The position numbers and the translations under genes are program-made. This document shows, piece by piece, positions 48,983 through 58,319 of a stretch of DNA of 64,000 nucleotides. The stretch spans positions 1 to 64,000 of IMG/VR virus record IMGVR_UViG_2933073624_000001, one strand, 5' to 3'. The notes beneath the pieces were generated by a model. The model did not search any database and was not told the DNA's origin. It saw nothing but the letters and a program-made list of their open reading frames with translations. This DNA is from a virus. Taxonomy: Duplodnaviria; Caudoviricetes. Position 1 is the first letter of the stretch, and the number at the start of each line of letters is the position of its first letter.

Positions 48983-49079
48983 CCCTGACCTGCGGCTTTC
49001 TCGAAAAACTCCGATCTCTGGGCGTCAACCCGGAACCACATGGCCCGTACATGCGTTGTATATAGTGACTACCCAATAA
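48983..49079 (+). promoter_or_regulatory. family-A module copy 2
   Basis: GGAAC(49032)-N18-GTT(49055); TATAGTGACTACCCAATAA. Confidence 0.85.
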
Positions 49080-49101
49080 CCTCCCATTCAAGGAGAACGC
49101 A

Positions 49102-49734
49102 ATGACCGCCACCGAGACCATCGCCATGTACACCGCCCGGGCCCTCAGCAAGGCCGCCACTGCCCGCGAGCGGCTGACCGAAGGCCTCGCCAACCGCAGC
49201 GTCCACCTGACCACCCTCATGGAGGCCGTCCTGATCGGCGAGGCCGAGGCCGCCCCCTGGGAGAAGCTCGCGAAGCGCATCGAGCGCCACGGCGTCCGCG
49301 AAGGCCTCGCCCAGCAGCGCGAAGAGGCCCTGGCGATCCTGCTCCAGTACGGCGGCCTCGGCGCGAGCACCAGCCTGGTCGTCAACGCGGCCCGCAACGC
49401 CGAGCACGACGGCCTGCGGCGCTTCCTCGCCCACACCGAGGGCCTCGAAGCCCAGGGCGAGCCCACCCCGGAGCCCGCGCCCGCCACCCCGGAGGCGACC
49501 GAGCTGGAGAAGTGCGGGCTGAGGGTCATCCGGGACACCTTCGTGGACCGCGTCGGCTACAAGAGCCGGGACGGCTGGCGCTACGCCACCAGCGTCCAGG
49601 GCATCAGGCTCGACACGAGCCTCGGCGACCTCCTGATCGGCCGCGGCTGGGCCGAGGTCGACGAGGGCAAGCCGCTCGCCCAGGGCCAGCGAGTCACTCT
49701 CACGGCCATCGGCCGCCACATCCTCGCCGACTGA
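49102..49734 (+). CDS. hypothetical protein
   Basis: AAGGAG RBS directly after the module. Confidence 0.7.
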   Translation: MTATETIAMYTARALSKAATARERLTEGLANRSVHLTTLMEAVLIGEAEAAPWEKLAKRIERHGVREGLAQQREEALAILLQYGGLGASTSLVVNAARNAEHDGLRRFLAHTEGLEAQGEPTPEPAPATPEATELEKCGLRVIRDTFVDRVGYKSRDGWRYATSVQGIRLDTSLGDLLIGRGWAEVDEGKPLAQGQRVTLTAIGRHILAD

Positions 49735-49795
49735 CCACCCCCGCCCCGGGCGGGACCAACCGGCCCCGCCCCGCCCCTCTGTCGAGGAGAACCCC

Positions 49796-50065
49796 GTGGA
49801 CCCCATCACCACCCCCGCCCCGGAGCGCCCCGCCTGGCAGGTCGGCGACTACATCACCTGGCCCGGAAACCCGGACTGCTACCGGCTCGTCCACGTCGGC
49901 CGGTTCGCCATCACCTACGAGGCCCGCGACGGCGTACGCCAGGAGGCGGAGGAGACGGCCCTCCGGACCCTGGCCCAGGACACGGCCGACTGGCGGCCCG
50001 CCACCCCTGAGCAGATCGCCCGGCACCAGCGGCTCTACCGGCCCGCCCCGAGTAACTGGGAGTAG
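49796..50065 (+). CDS. small hypothetical protein
   Basis: GAGGAG RBS. Confidence 0.6.
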   Translation: MDPITTPAPERPAWQVGDYITWPGNPDCYRLVHVGRFAITYEARDGVRQEAEETALRTLAQDTADWRPATPEQIARHQRLYRPAPSNWE

Positions 50066-50074
50066 GCGCACCGC

Positions 50075-50162
50075 CTCTGACCTGCAACTTTCTCCGATCC
50101 CCCGGGATCCTCCCGGAACCACAAGGCCCCCACACGCGTTGTACATAGTGACTACCCACTAA
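50075..50162 (+). promoter_or_regulatory. family-A module copy 3
   Basis: GGAAC(50115)-N18-GTT(50138); CATAGTGACTACCCACTAA. Confidence 0.85.
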
Positions 50163-50188
50163 CTCCACTCCTCACGGAAGGCCCACCC

Positions 50189-50770
50189 ATGTCCGTCCCC
50201 ACCCGCTACGTCATCCCCGCCCGCGACATCCGCGAAGGCGACGTCCTGCGCGGCTACTACCGGCCGGGCATCACCCTCGCCACCGCCGCCCGCCCCGGCG
50301 CCTACGCCGAGGACTGGTCGGACCTCGACCGGCGCCCCGACCTCCTCCCCATCCCCGACCGCGCGGCCCGCCCCGGCCCGGCCGCCTTCGACGAGTACGC
50401 CGTCACGCACATCACCGACGACAGCCCGGTGGTCGTCACCCGCGAGCCGATCTCGTACGTCCGCCGCGGCCACCTGCCCACCCCCGAGCAGAAGGAGGAG
50501 TTCACCGACGCCATCGGCAGGATCGCCGGATACGCGGCGGGCTCCCTCCACAAGACCTTCCCGGACCTCGACCTGGACGAGCTGATCCAGCGGTTCACCG
50601 GACCGGCCGCCTTCAACATGATCGGCACCCGCTACCTCAACGGCCTCCGCCGCGGCCTGACCCCCGCCGAGGCCGCCAGCGAGGCCGGGACCGCCCTGAT
50701 CGACGGCTGGGCCGACGCCCGCCTGGAAGCGCGCGCCCTGCTCAACAGCCAGACGGCCGCCACCGCCTGA
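50189..50770 (+). CDS. hypothetical protein
   Basis: GGAAGG RBS after the module. Confidence 0.65.
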   Translation: MSVPTRYVIPARDIREGDVLRGYYRPGITLATAARPGAYAEDWSDLDRRPDLLPIPDRAARPGPAAFDEYAVTHITDDSPVVVTREPISYVRRGHLPTPEQKEEFTDAIGRIAGYAAGSLHKTFPDLDLDELIQRFTGPAAFNMIGTRYLNGLRRGLTPAEAASEAGTALIDGWADARLEARALLNSQTAATA

Positions 50771-50823
50771 CCCTCACCCCGGGCGGGGCCACCCGGCCCC
50801 GCCCCTCCAAGGAAGGAACCCGC

Positions 50824-51123
50824 GTGACCACCACCGACACCCTGCCCCTGGCCCTCGCGGCCGTCACCCACACCCTCAGGACCGTCACCCCGGACGCCCC
50901 GCTCACCGCCGGCGACCTGGAGGAGATCGCCTTCACCGAGGCCTGGAAGCTCGATGACCCCGAGGCCGGGATCTACGGCCACGACCTCGCGCGCGCCGTC
51001 CTTGAGGCCCTGCCCCCTCTGGCGGCCGGTATCTCCCGGCACCGGTACGCGGTGATGGCGGCCGGTGTCCCCGACTGCCTGATCGCTTCCCCGCCCCTGC
51101 ACCTCGACTGGTCCGCCGCCTGA
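50824..51123 (+). CDS. small hypothetical protein
   Basis: AAGGAAGGA RBS. Confidence 0.6.
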   Translation: MTTTDTLPLALAAVTHTLRTVTPDAPLTAGDLEEIAFTEAWKLDDPEAGIYGHDLARAVLEALPPLAAGISRHRYAVMAAGVPDCLIASPPLHLDWSAA

Positions 51124-51158
51124 CCCGCCCACCCACCACCCGGAAGGAAGGCCACAGC

Positions 51159-54100
51159 ATGGCCGACATCACGATCACCCACACACGGCCCGACGGCACG
51201 ACCCTGGGCGGCTCCAGCAAGGGAGACGGCGTCTACGAGATCGTCCGGCAGCACGGCTTCAAGTACTCCAGGAATGTCGGCATCTACATCCGAGGCTCCC
51301 GCGACAAGGAGGCGCAGCACTGGAGGATCAACGGCGCGGCCGAAGCCCTGCGCGCGGCCGGCCACACGGTCGAGGTCGAGATCAACGAGGAGGACGAGCG
51401 CTCGTTCGCCGAGATCGAGGCCGCCCGCGAGGAACGCGCCGAGGACCGCGCCGAGCGGTTCGCCGACCGCGCGGACCGGGCCTCCGCCGAGTCCAACGCC
51501 CGATACGAGCGGGCAAAGGACATCGGCCGCCGCTTCGAGTTCGGGCAGCCGATCCTCGTCGGCCACCACTCGGAGCGCCGCGCCCGCCGGGACCAGGAGC
51601 GTATGCACGACAACATGCGCAAGTCGATCGAAGAGCAGGACAAGGCCGGGTACTGGTCCGACCGGGCCGAGGCCGCCGGCTCGTACAAGGAGCGCCGGAA
51701 CGACACGTACGTCACCCTGCGGCGCCTGGAGAAGCTGGGCGCCGACCTCCGCAGGCAGCAGCGGTACCACGCGGAAGCTGTCGCGAAAGGCTGCGACTCC
51801 GCCGACCGGCACGCGCGCGAGATCCGGGACCTGGAGAAGGAGATCGCGCACTGGGAGGAGGTCGTCGAGAAGGCGAAGGGGGATGGCGTGAAGGTCTGGG
51901 GCCCGGAGGACTTCGCCCCGGGCGACTACGTCATGTACTACGGCACGTCCTGGTATCAGGTGTCACGGGTCAACCCGAAGACGCTGAGCGTCGCGTGGAA
52001 CCTGCGGCTTGAGCCCAAGGCGGTGATGAGCCTGGAGGACGCCACCGACGGTGGCCGGACCTGGACGCACTCGGCCAGCTACACCAACGTTCATGCCCGC
52101 TGCCCCGAGGAAGCGATGAACGCCTTCCTGGCCGACGGGAAGGTCCCCGGCCGCAAGGCGGCCCACGCCGCCTCGGAGAAGCAGCCAGCGGCAGCGGTAC
52201 GCGAGGCCCAGGCCGCGAAGCCGAAGCCGAAGAAGCCGACCAGCGACCCGAAGGTGCCGAAGAAGCTGCTGGTGGCGTTCCAGCAGCTGGGCACCGTGGC
52301 CGAGGTGACGTGGCTCAACGGCGGCAGCCGCCCGCACAAGGACTTCCAGCAGGTGACGATCGCGCCGCCCGACGGAAAGCAGTTCCCCCGCTCGGTCTGG
52401 TCCCCGGCCCTCCAGGAGGAGTTGGCCCGCATCCTCGGGGAGCAGGGCTACGAGCTGCACGGCAGCGACTGGGAGTGGAACCGCAGCCGACAGGGCTACA
52501 TCCGAGCGCTGAGGCCCAAGCCGCAGAAGACGCCCGAGCCGGAGCAGCCGACCACACCGACCGAGGAGCAGCCGGCTCCGCCCGCCAGCGAAGAGCCCCC
52601 GGCCACCGGCCCGGAGGGGAAGCCGGAGCCGGAGGAGTCGACCGCCCCGGCCGAGGAGCCCCCGGCCGACGAGCCGGGGGAGACCCCGGAAGGGGGCGGA
52701 GAGCCCCAGCAAGGGGGCGAAAACACCGCCCTGACCTGCGATTCTTCCGGATCCACCCGGAACCACAAGATCGCCTCACGCGTTGGTAATAGTGACTACC
52801 CACTAACACCATCCACCCAGGAGGCCCCGGTGACCGAGACCGAAAAGTACGGACGCCCCCTCACCCCTCGCGAGCGCAAGGCCGCCCAAGCGGCCGAGCT
52901 GCGTGAGCGCGCCGCCCAGCGAGAGGAGGTCGAGCGCACGGCCGAACTGGACACGGCCTACCGGGCGTACGTGGACGAGGGCATCGCCATGACCGACGGT
53001 GTTTACGTCCCGCTCGACTTCCAGGCCTGGGCCGCCACCCTGGGCGCCCCCCTGGTTGCAGCCGCGGCCGCCGAAGAGCCGACCGCCGACCAGGAGCAGG
53101 AGACGACCGCGCCCCCCGAGGTCGCCGAGGTCGCCGCCGAGCCCCAGCCGGAGGAGAAGGCCCCGGCCCAGGAGGCGCCCGCCAAGAAGGCTCCGGCCGA
53201 GAAGAGGCCCGCCCGGAAGGCCCCGGCGAAGAAGGCGCCGGCGAAGAAGACCCCGGCCCCGAAGGAGACGGCCGCCCCGCAGAAGGCCGCCGGGCTCAAG
53301 ACCGTCCACAAGCGGGTGCCGGTCGACCGGATCGACCGCGACCCCTCCCAGCCGCGCCAGGTCTTCGACCAGGAGAAGCTGGAGGAACTGGCCGGTTCGA
53401 TGAAGCGGCTCGGCCAGCTCCAGCCGGTCAGCGTCCGCTACGTCCCCTCGACCAAGCGCTACGTGCTCGTCATGGGCGAGCGCCGGTGGCGGGCCGCCCA
53501 GCTCGCCGAGATCGTCGAACTCGACGCGGTCGTTACCCACGGCTTCGAGGAAGGGGACCGCGAGATCCTGGCCCGTCAGGTCGCCGAGAACGTCGGCCGG
53601 GCGGACATGACCCCGATGGAGGAGGCCGAGTCGTTCAAGCGGCTGGTCGACGCCGAGTACACCATCGACCAGGTCTCCGAGATGGTCGGCAAGTCGGCGA
53701 GCTACATCGGCTGGCGCATCGATCTCCTGCGACTGTGCGACTCCGCCCGCGAGGCCGTGAGCAAGGGGCACCTGACCGTCGGCCTCGCCTGGTACGTGTC
53801 CCTGCTCAACACCGACAACCAGATGCGGTTCCTCGTCCGGCACACCCGGGGCGAGTTCAAGAGCGTCCGGGACGCCGAGGCCTTCGCCCAGGCCGCTCGC
53901 GCGGAGGAGAAGCGAGTGGAGGAGCAGGGCTCCTTCTTCGTCCTCTCCGAGGAGGCCGCCACCGACAGGGGCGGGCAGGACGCGCTGCCCGGCTCCCTGG
54001 ACATCCCGGAGTCGGAGCGCGAGAAGATCATGGGCGATCGCGCCAAGCTCGTCGGCCGGATCGACAAGCTGAGCATCGCCGGCGAGATCCTGTCCGAGCT

Positions 54101-54302
54101 GGCGAACGCCGACCCGGAGACCCTGGCGCTCCTGCTCGCCGGTACCCCCGGCGGAGTCCCCGGGCACGCGCAGCGGATCGAGCACCTGCGGGAGCTGACC
54201 CTGCGGGCCACGAAGAACCTCCGCCAGGCCCAGGCCATCGCGGCCGTACGGGCCTCGGGCATTCAGATCGACCCGGAGGCCGTCGCCATGCCCGCCGCAT
54301 AG
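51159..54302 (+). CDS. DUF3560-like domain in one frame with a ParB/Spo0J-like protein (internal start at 52830)
   Basis: FGQPILVGHHSERRARRD; DPSQPRQVFD, GQLQPV, GERRWRAA, ENVGRADMTPMEEA. Confidence 0.85.
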   Translation: MADITITHTRPDGTTLGGSSKGDGVYEIVRQHGFKYSRNVGIYIRGSRDKEAQHWRINGAAEALRAAGHTVEVEINEEDERSFAEIEAAREERAEDRAERFADRADRASAESNARYERAKDIGRRFEFGQPILVGHHSERRARRDQERMHDNMRKSIEEQDKAGYWSDRAEAAGSYKERRNDTYVTLRRLEKLGADLRRQQRYHAEAVAKGCDSADRHAREIRDLEKEIAHWEEVVEKAKGDGVKVWGPEDFAPGDYVMYYGTSWYQVSRVNPKTLSVAWNLRLEPKAVMSLEDATDGGRTWTHSASYTNVHARCPEEAMNAFLADGKVPGRKAAHAASEKQPAAAVREAQAAKPKPKKPTSDPKVPKKLLVAFQQLGTVAEVTWLNGGSRPHKDFQQVTIAPPDGKQFPRSVWSPALQEELARILGEQGYELHGSDWEWNRSRQGYIRALRPKPQKTPEPEQPTTPTEEQPAPPASEEPPATGPEGKPEPEESTAPAEEPPADEPGETPEGGGEPQQGGENTALTCDSSGSTRNHKIASRVGNSDYPLTPSTQEAPVTETEKYGRPLTPRERKAAQAAELRERAAQREEVERTAELDTAYRAYVDEGIAMTDGVYVPLDFQAWAATLGAPLVAAAAAEEPTADQEQETTAPPEVAEVAAEPQPEEKAPAQEAPAKKAPAEKRPARKAPAKKAPAKKTPAPKETAAPQKAAGLKTVHKRVPVDRIDRDPSQPRQVFDQEKLEELAGSMKRLGQLQPVSVRYVPSTKRYVLVMGERRWRAAQLAEIVELDAVVTHGFEEGDREILARQVAENVGRADMTPMEEAESFKRLVDAEYTIDQVSEMVGKSASYIGWRIDLLRLCDSAREAVSKGHLTVGLAWYVSLLNTDNQMRFLVRHTRGEFKSVRDAEAFAQAARAEEKRVEEQGSFFVLSEEAATDRGGQDALPGSLDIPESEREKIMGDRAKLVGRIDKLSIAGEILSELANADPETLALLLAGTPGGVPGHAQRIEHLRELTLRATKNLRQAQAIAAVRASGIQIDPEAVAMPAA
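52729..52806 (+). promoter_or_regulatory. family-A module copy 4, inside the ORF ahead of the ParB start
   Basis: GGAAC(52759)-N18-GTT(52782); AATAGTGACTACCCACTAA; AGGAGG RBS and in-frame GTG at 52830. Confidence 0.85.
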
Positions 54303-54314
54303 TGACTACCCACC
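54298..54314 (+). promoter_or_regulatory. partial family-A operator overlapping the ParB stop codon
   Basis: CATAGTGACTACCCACC; its TAG is the stop codon. Confidence 0.7.
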
Positions 54315-54461
54315 AAGGGGTCGCTCCCGGGAGATGAGCGGCCCCGACCCCCTACCACCCCCCGGGGCCCCGCGGCCGCCACAGCGCCCCTCACGGCCAC
54401 CGCGACAGCCGCCAGGGCCCCGGGCCCCATCCCACCCGTCACGCAACCCCAGGAGGAACCC

Positions 54462-55286
54462 GTGCGCTTCCACCCGACCGTCCTCGCCACCCTCGCCGAC
54501 CCCCGCACCGAGATCCGCGGCGACCTCGTGCGCGTCCCCTTCGAGCTCGACCGCGACGTCTACGAGCGGATGAACCAGACCCTCAAGGACATGGGCGGCC
54601 ACTGGGACGGCCGCAAGGCTGTCCGCGCGCACGTCTTCCCGCACCGGATCGAAGAGCACCTGCGCCAGTGCCTCGCCGCCGGCGAGTACCCCTCCCGCTA
54701 CGACACCGGCTGGTTCCCCACCCCGCCCGCCCTCGCCGTCCAGGTCTGCGACCTGGCGGGCATCCGGACCGGGGACACCGTCCTGGAGCCCTCGGCCGGC
54801 TCCGGCGCCCTCACCGCCGAGATCGCCCGCCGCGGCGGCGTCATCGACGCCGTCGAGTCCGACGAGTTCCGCGCGGACATGCTCCGCCAGCAGGGCGACT
54901 GCCGCCGCGTCTATGCCGCCGACTTCCTCACGCTGGACCCGCTGGAGTACGAGGAGGGCTTCGACCGGGTCGTCATGAACCCGCCCTTCACCGGCGGCCT
55001 GGACCACATCCTTCACGCGCTCCAGTTCATGAAGGACGACGGCGTCCTGGTCTCCATCATGACCGCGGGGCTCATGTGGTGGAGCGACAGGAAGAGCGAG
55101 GACTTCCGCAGCGCGGTCGAGGAGGTCGGCGGCGAGATCGAGGCCCTGCCCGACGACTCGTTCGCCGTCTGCGGCACGAACGTCCGGACCTGCCTGCTGT
55201 TCCTCCCGGGCTACGCCGGGGGGCCGCTCCGGACTCACGACTGGCTGATGCGGCAGCCCCGGCAGCTCGACCTGTTCGCCGCGTAG
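54462..55286 (+). CDS. SAM-dependent amino-type DNA methyltransferase-like protein
   Basis: WFPTP, LEPSAGSG, VMNPPF; ends QLDLFAA. Confidence 0.82.
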   Translation: MRFHPTVLATLADPRTEIRGDLVRVPFELDRDVYERMNQTLKDMGGHWDGRKAVRAHVFPHRIEEHLRQCLAAGEYPSRYDTGWFPTPPALAVQVCDLAGIRTGDTVLEPSAGSGALTAEIARRGGVIDAVESDEFRADMLRQQGDCRRVYAADFLTLDPLEYEEGFDRVVMNPPFTGGLDHILHALQFMKDDGVLVSIMTAGLMWWSDRKSEDFRSAVEEVGGEIEALPDDSFAVCGTNVRTCLLFLPGYAGGPLRTHDWLMRQPRQLDLFAA

Positions 55287-55288
55287 GC

Positions 55289-55376
55289 CTCTGACCTGCA
55301 ACTTTCTCCGATTCCCCGGGATCAACCCGGAACCACACGGGTCTCACCAGCGTTGGACATAGTGACTACCCACTAA
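55289..55376 (+). promoter_or_regulatory. family-A module copy 5
   Basis: GGAAC(55329)-N18-GTT(55352). Confidence 0.85.
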
Positions 55377-55405
55377 CTCAACACCTCACCAGAGAGGCCC
55401 ACACC

Positions 55406-55693
55406 ATGACCAACCAGACCACCCCCACCCCCCTCAACCCCTCCACCCCCACCACCGAAGAGGAGTACGTCTACAACCCCTTCCCCCCGGCCTTCATCTC
55501 CGACGAGCCCATGGAGATCTCCGGCCGGGACATGGGCTACCTCATCCCCTGGATGCAGGCCCAGCTCAAGGCCCAGACCAGGGACCACGACAACTCCGAC
55601 CTGTGCCAGGCCCTCAGCTCGATCCTGCGCCAGGCCAACAAGGTCTACGGCACCGAGTCCGAGACCCGGGAGACCTGCATCTGCTACGGCTGA
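55406..55693 (+). CDS. small hypothetical protein
   Basis: GAGAGG RBS after the module. Confidence 0.6.
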   Translation: MTNQTTPTPLNPSTPTTEEEYVYNPFPPAFISDEPMEISGRDMGYLIPWMQAQLKAQTRDHDNSDLCQALSSILRQANKVYGTESETRETCICYG

Positions 55694-55754
55694 CCGACTC
55701 CGGCCGGGCCACCAGGCCCGGCCGGTACCCCAACCCTGAAAGGAACCGACCCCG

Positions 55755-56192
55755 ATGAGCGAACTCCCCAAGCTCGCCACCTGCACCTACCAGGAGTTCA
55801 AGCCGGACATGGGCACCCCCGTGCGCACCACGGTCGGCCACCCCCGGTTCGCCCTCTCCTACCAGCTCGCCGGCCACGCCCGGCTCGTCACGCCGACCCG
55901 GCCCCTCCTCAAGATCGAGGCCCGCGACGCCTACGAGTTCAGCTACCGGCGCATGCTCGAAGGCCACGTCTTCGGCAACATCCAGCGCGAACTCCTCCGC
56001 ATCGCCGGCGCCTACGACCTGGACAGCCCCGTCGTCCTGCTCTGCTTCGACCGCCTGAACGTCCCGGGCAACTGGTGCCACCGCACCATGTTCGCCGCCT
56101 GGTGGACCGAGCAGACCGGCGACGAGGTCCCCGAACTCGGCGCCCAGCTCAAGGCGGCCCCGACGCCGCCCCCCACCCTGTTCGACTTCTGA
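55755..56192 (+). CDS. DUF488-like protein
   Basis: VVLLCFD......WCHRTM.A.W; ends TLFDF. Confidence 0.65.
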   Translation: MSELPKLATCTYQEFKPDMGTPVRTTVGHPRFALSYQLAGHARLVTPTRPLLKIEARDAYEFSYRRMLEGHVFGNIQRELLRIAGAYDLDSPVVLLCFDRLNVPGNWCHRTMFAAWWTEQTGDEVPELGAQLKAAPTPPPTLFDF

Positions 56193-56278
56193 CCCCACCG
56201 GCCCGGGTGGGCGGGGGCGGGAATCCCCGCCCACCCGGGCCCCAACCGAAACCACCTCGCAACCACAGGAGCACGACC

Positions 56279-57214
56279 ATGCGCGACGAGATGACCGAAA
56301 CCCGAGTGAGCCTGGACGGCATCCTCGGCCCGTACGACTGCAAGCTCGACCTCCACCACCGGTGGAACGGCTGGATGAGCCCCCACTTCACCCTGGACAC
56401 CGTCCGCGAACTGTCCGCCGAGACCATCGCCACCGCCAACGACTACGGCTGGCGCGAGACCGACACGATCCACGTGATCGAGGGCCGGGCCGACAGTCCG
56501 GACACCGTCCACGTCATCGACACCGGCCTGACCTACGAGATCAACGAGGACGGTGACACCGCCCCCCTGGCGATCACCGTACGGATCCCCTGGCGGAAGC
56601 TGGACCGCGGCGGCAAGGCCACGATCGGAAAGCTCACCCCGGACGCCCGCAAGGCCGCCCGTCGATCCAAGCCCGGCGGCCGGGGCGCGGCCCGCGCGGT
56701 CGTCGTCCATGCCCGCTGGATGTACTTCGAGGAGACCGGCCAGGGCGCGGACATCGTCGAGCCCGACACCGAAGGCCTCTTCCCGGTCGGTGGTTTCGAG
56801 TGGTGCTGGTCGATCCACCACTGGTGGTGCGTCTGCGGGGCTGACCGCCGGTGGCACGAGACCGAGTGCCTGTGCGGCCAGACCCGAGACAACCAGCCGC
56901 CCCTCGCGGAGGGAGCCGTCCAGGAAGTCGCCCGCCTCCTGCGCACCCTGGTCCCCAAAGCCACCTCCGCCCTGGTCGACTTCGGCTCGGGCCTCGCCCG
57001 GGTCACCGACGTGTTCGCCGGCGACACCGAAGTGGACATGGCCGACGACACCGGCCCGTTCGACACCGAGACCCTCGGCGAGGCCGACGAGGTCCTGCGC
57101 AAGGCCGTGGACCGGGCCGACTGCCTGAACGACCTGGTCGCCGACTGGGAGCGCATCCCCCACAAGCGGACCCCCCACCTCTACCGGATCGCCTTCCCGG
57201 CCGTCGGCCAGTAG
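56279..57214 (+). CDS. hypothetical protein (N-terminal domain paralogous to 57823..58272)
   Basis: RWNGWMSPHFTLDTV; GLFPVGGFEWCW. Confidence 0.65.
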   Translation: MRDEMTETRVSLDGILGPYDCKLDLHHRWNGWMSPHFTLDTVRELSAETIATANDYGWRETDTIHVIEGRADSPDTVHVIDTGLTYEINEDGDTAPLAITVRIPWRKLDRGGKATIGKLTPDARKAARRSKPGGRGAARAVVVHARWMYFEETGQGADIVEPDTEGLFPVGGFEWCWSIHHWWCVCGADRRWHETECLCGQTRDNQPPLAEGAVQEVARLLRTLVPKATSALVDFGSGLARVTDVFAGDTEVDMADDTGPFDTETLGEADEVLRKAVDRADCLNDLVADWERIPHKRTPHLYRIAFPAVGQ

Positions 57215-57285
57215 CCACCACAGCGGATCTCCCGGGCGATCACCCGGGCCCGAACCCTTCCCGCTCAACGAAACGAGGACGTCTC

Positions 57286-57723
57286 ATGACCGCTCAGCCC
57301 CGCCAGACCTACCCCGTGCCCGACCTTGGCGGCCAGGCACACGAAGCCCTTGAGGCCCTGCGCCTCGCTCAGGAGCGGATCGGCCGTGTGATGGCCGCCG
57401 TCACCGCCGTCGCCGTCGTCGACGTCCTCACCGACCACCACCGGGAAGCCGAGTTCGACGCCGCGCACGCTGAGCTGATCGAGGCGGCCGACGGCTCCCT
57501 GCACGCCACCGGCCGGTACTGGACGGCCGCCGGCGAGGAGAAGGCCCTCGCCGAGGCCCACGGCGACCGCTGGGTGGTGCACGAGATGAACGAGTGGGTG
57601 CCCTACATGGACTACGACAACGAGCACGTCTGGAAGCCCCTCGTGGAGCCCCTGGAGGACCGGAACGGCCAGCGGGTCTACCGCCTCGACCTGCGCAAGG
57701 CCGCAGCCCTGCCCCTCGACTGA
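57286..57723 (+). CDS. hypothetical protein
   Basis: GAGGA RBS. Confidence 0.6.
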   Translation: MTAQPRQTYPVPDLGGQAHEALEALRLAQERIGRVMAAVTAVAVVDVLTDHHREAEFDAAHAELIEAADGSLHATGRYWTAAGEEKALAEAHGDRWVVHEMNEWVPYMDYDNEHVWKPLVEPLEDRNGQRVYRLDLRKAAALPLD

Positions 57724-57822
57724 CCCCCTGACACACCTGGCCCCGGGACGGGCGAGGGCGGGAATCCCCGCCCGCCCCGGGGCCGACCCCTGCCCAGCCG
57801 GAACCCTCGCAAGGAGAAACCG

Positions 57823-58272
57823 ATGATCGAAGTCATGGTGTGCTGCAACGACCGCGACCGCTACCCGGCCTGGATCGACCCCACCGACCACCGCGACGGA
57901 TTCGTGAAGCCCTGGTTCGATCTGGAGACCGTCCAGCGCATCGCAGAGGACAGCCAGGCGGAAGCCGCCGAGTTCGGACACGGCGGCGTCGACACCGTCC
58001 ACGTCATCACCGGCCAGATCGACGGCCAGGACCGGCCGCTGGTCCTGAACATCTGCTGGATGTACCTGGACGGCGAGAAGCACCAGAAGGCTGTTGAGAA
58101 CGTCGAGCGCAACGCGGACGGCCTGTACGCGGTCGGCGGCTACGACTGGAACTGGTACATGCTCGACGACCTGTTGAACCCGGTGATCCCGCCTCGGGTC
58201 GACCCGGCGATCCCGACGCAGGTGAAGCGGGAGATCCTGCCGCCCTTCCCCGGCCAGCGCACCAACGGATGA
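57823..58272 (+). CDS. hypothetical protein (paralog of the N-terminus of 56279..57214)
   Basis: RDGFVKPWFDLETV; GLYAVGGYDWNW. Confidence 0.65.
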   Translation: MIEVMVCCNDRDRYPAWIDPTDHRDGFVKPWFDLETVQRIAEDSQAEAAEFGHGGVDTVHVITGQIDGQDRPLVLNICWMYLDGEKHQKAVENVERNADGLYAVGGYDWNWYMLDDLLNPVIPPRVDPAIPTQVKREILPPFPGQRTNG

Positions 58273-58319
58273 CCCCCACACCCCTCCATCACCCCGACCC
58301 GACCGTACGAGGACGTCAC

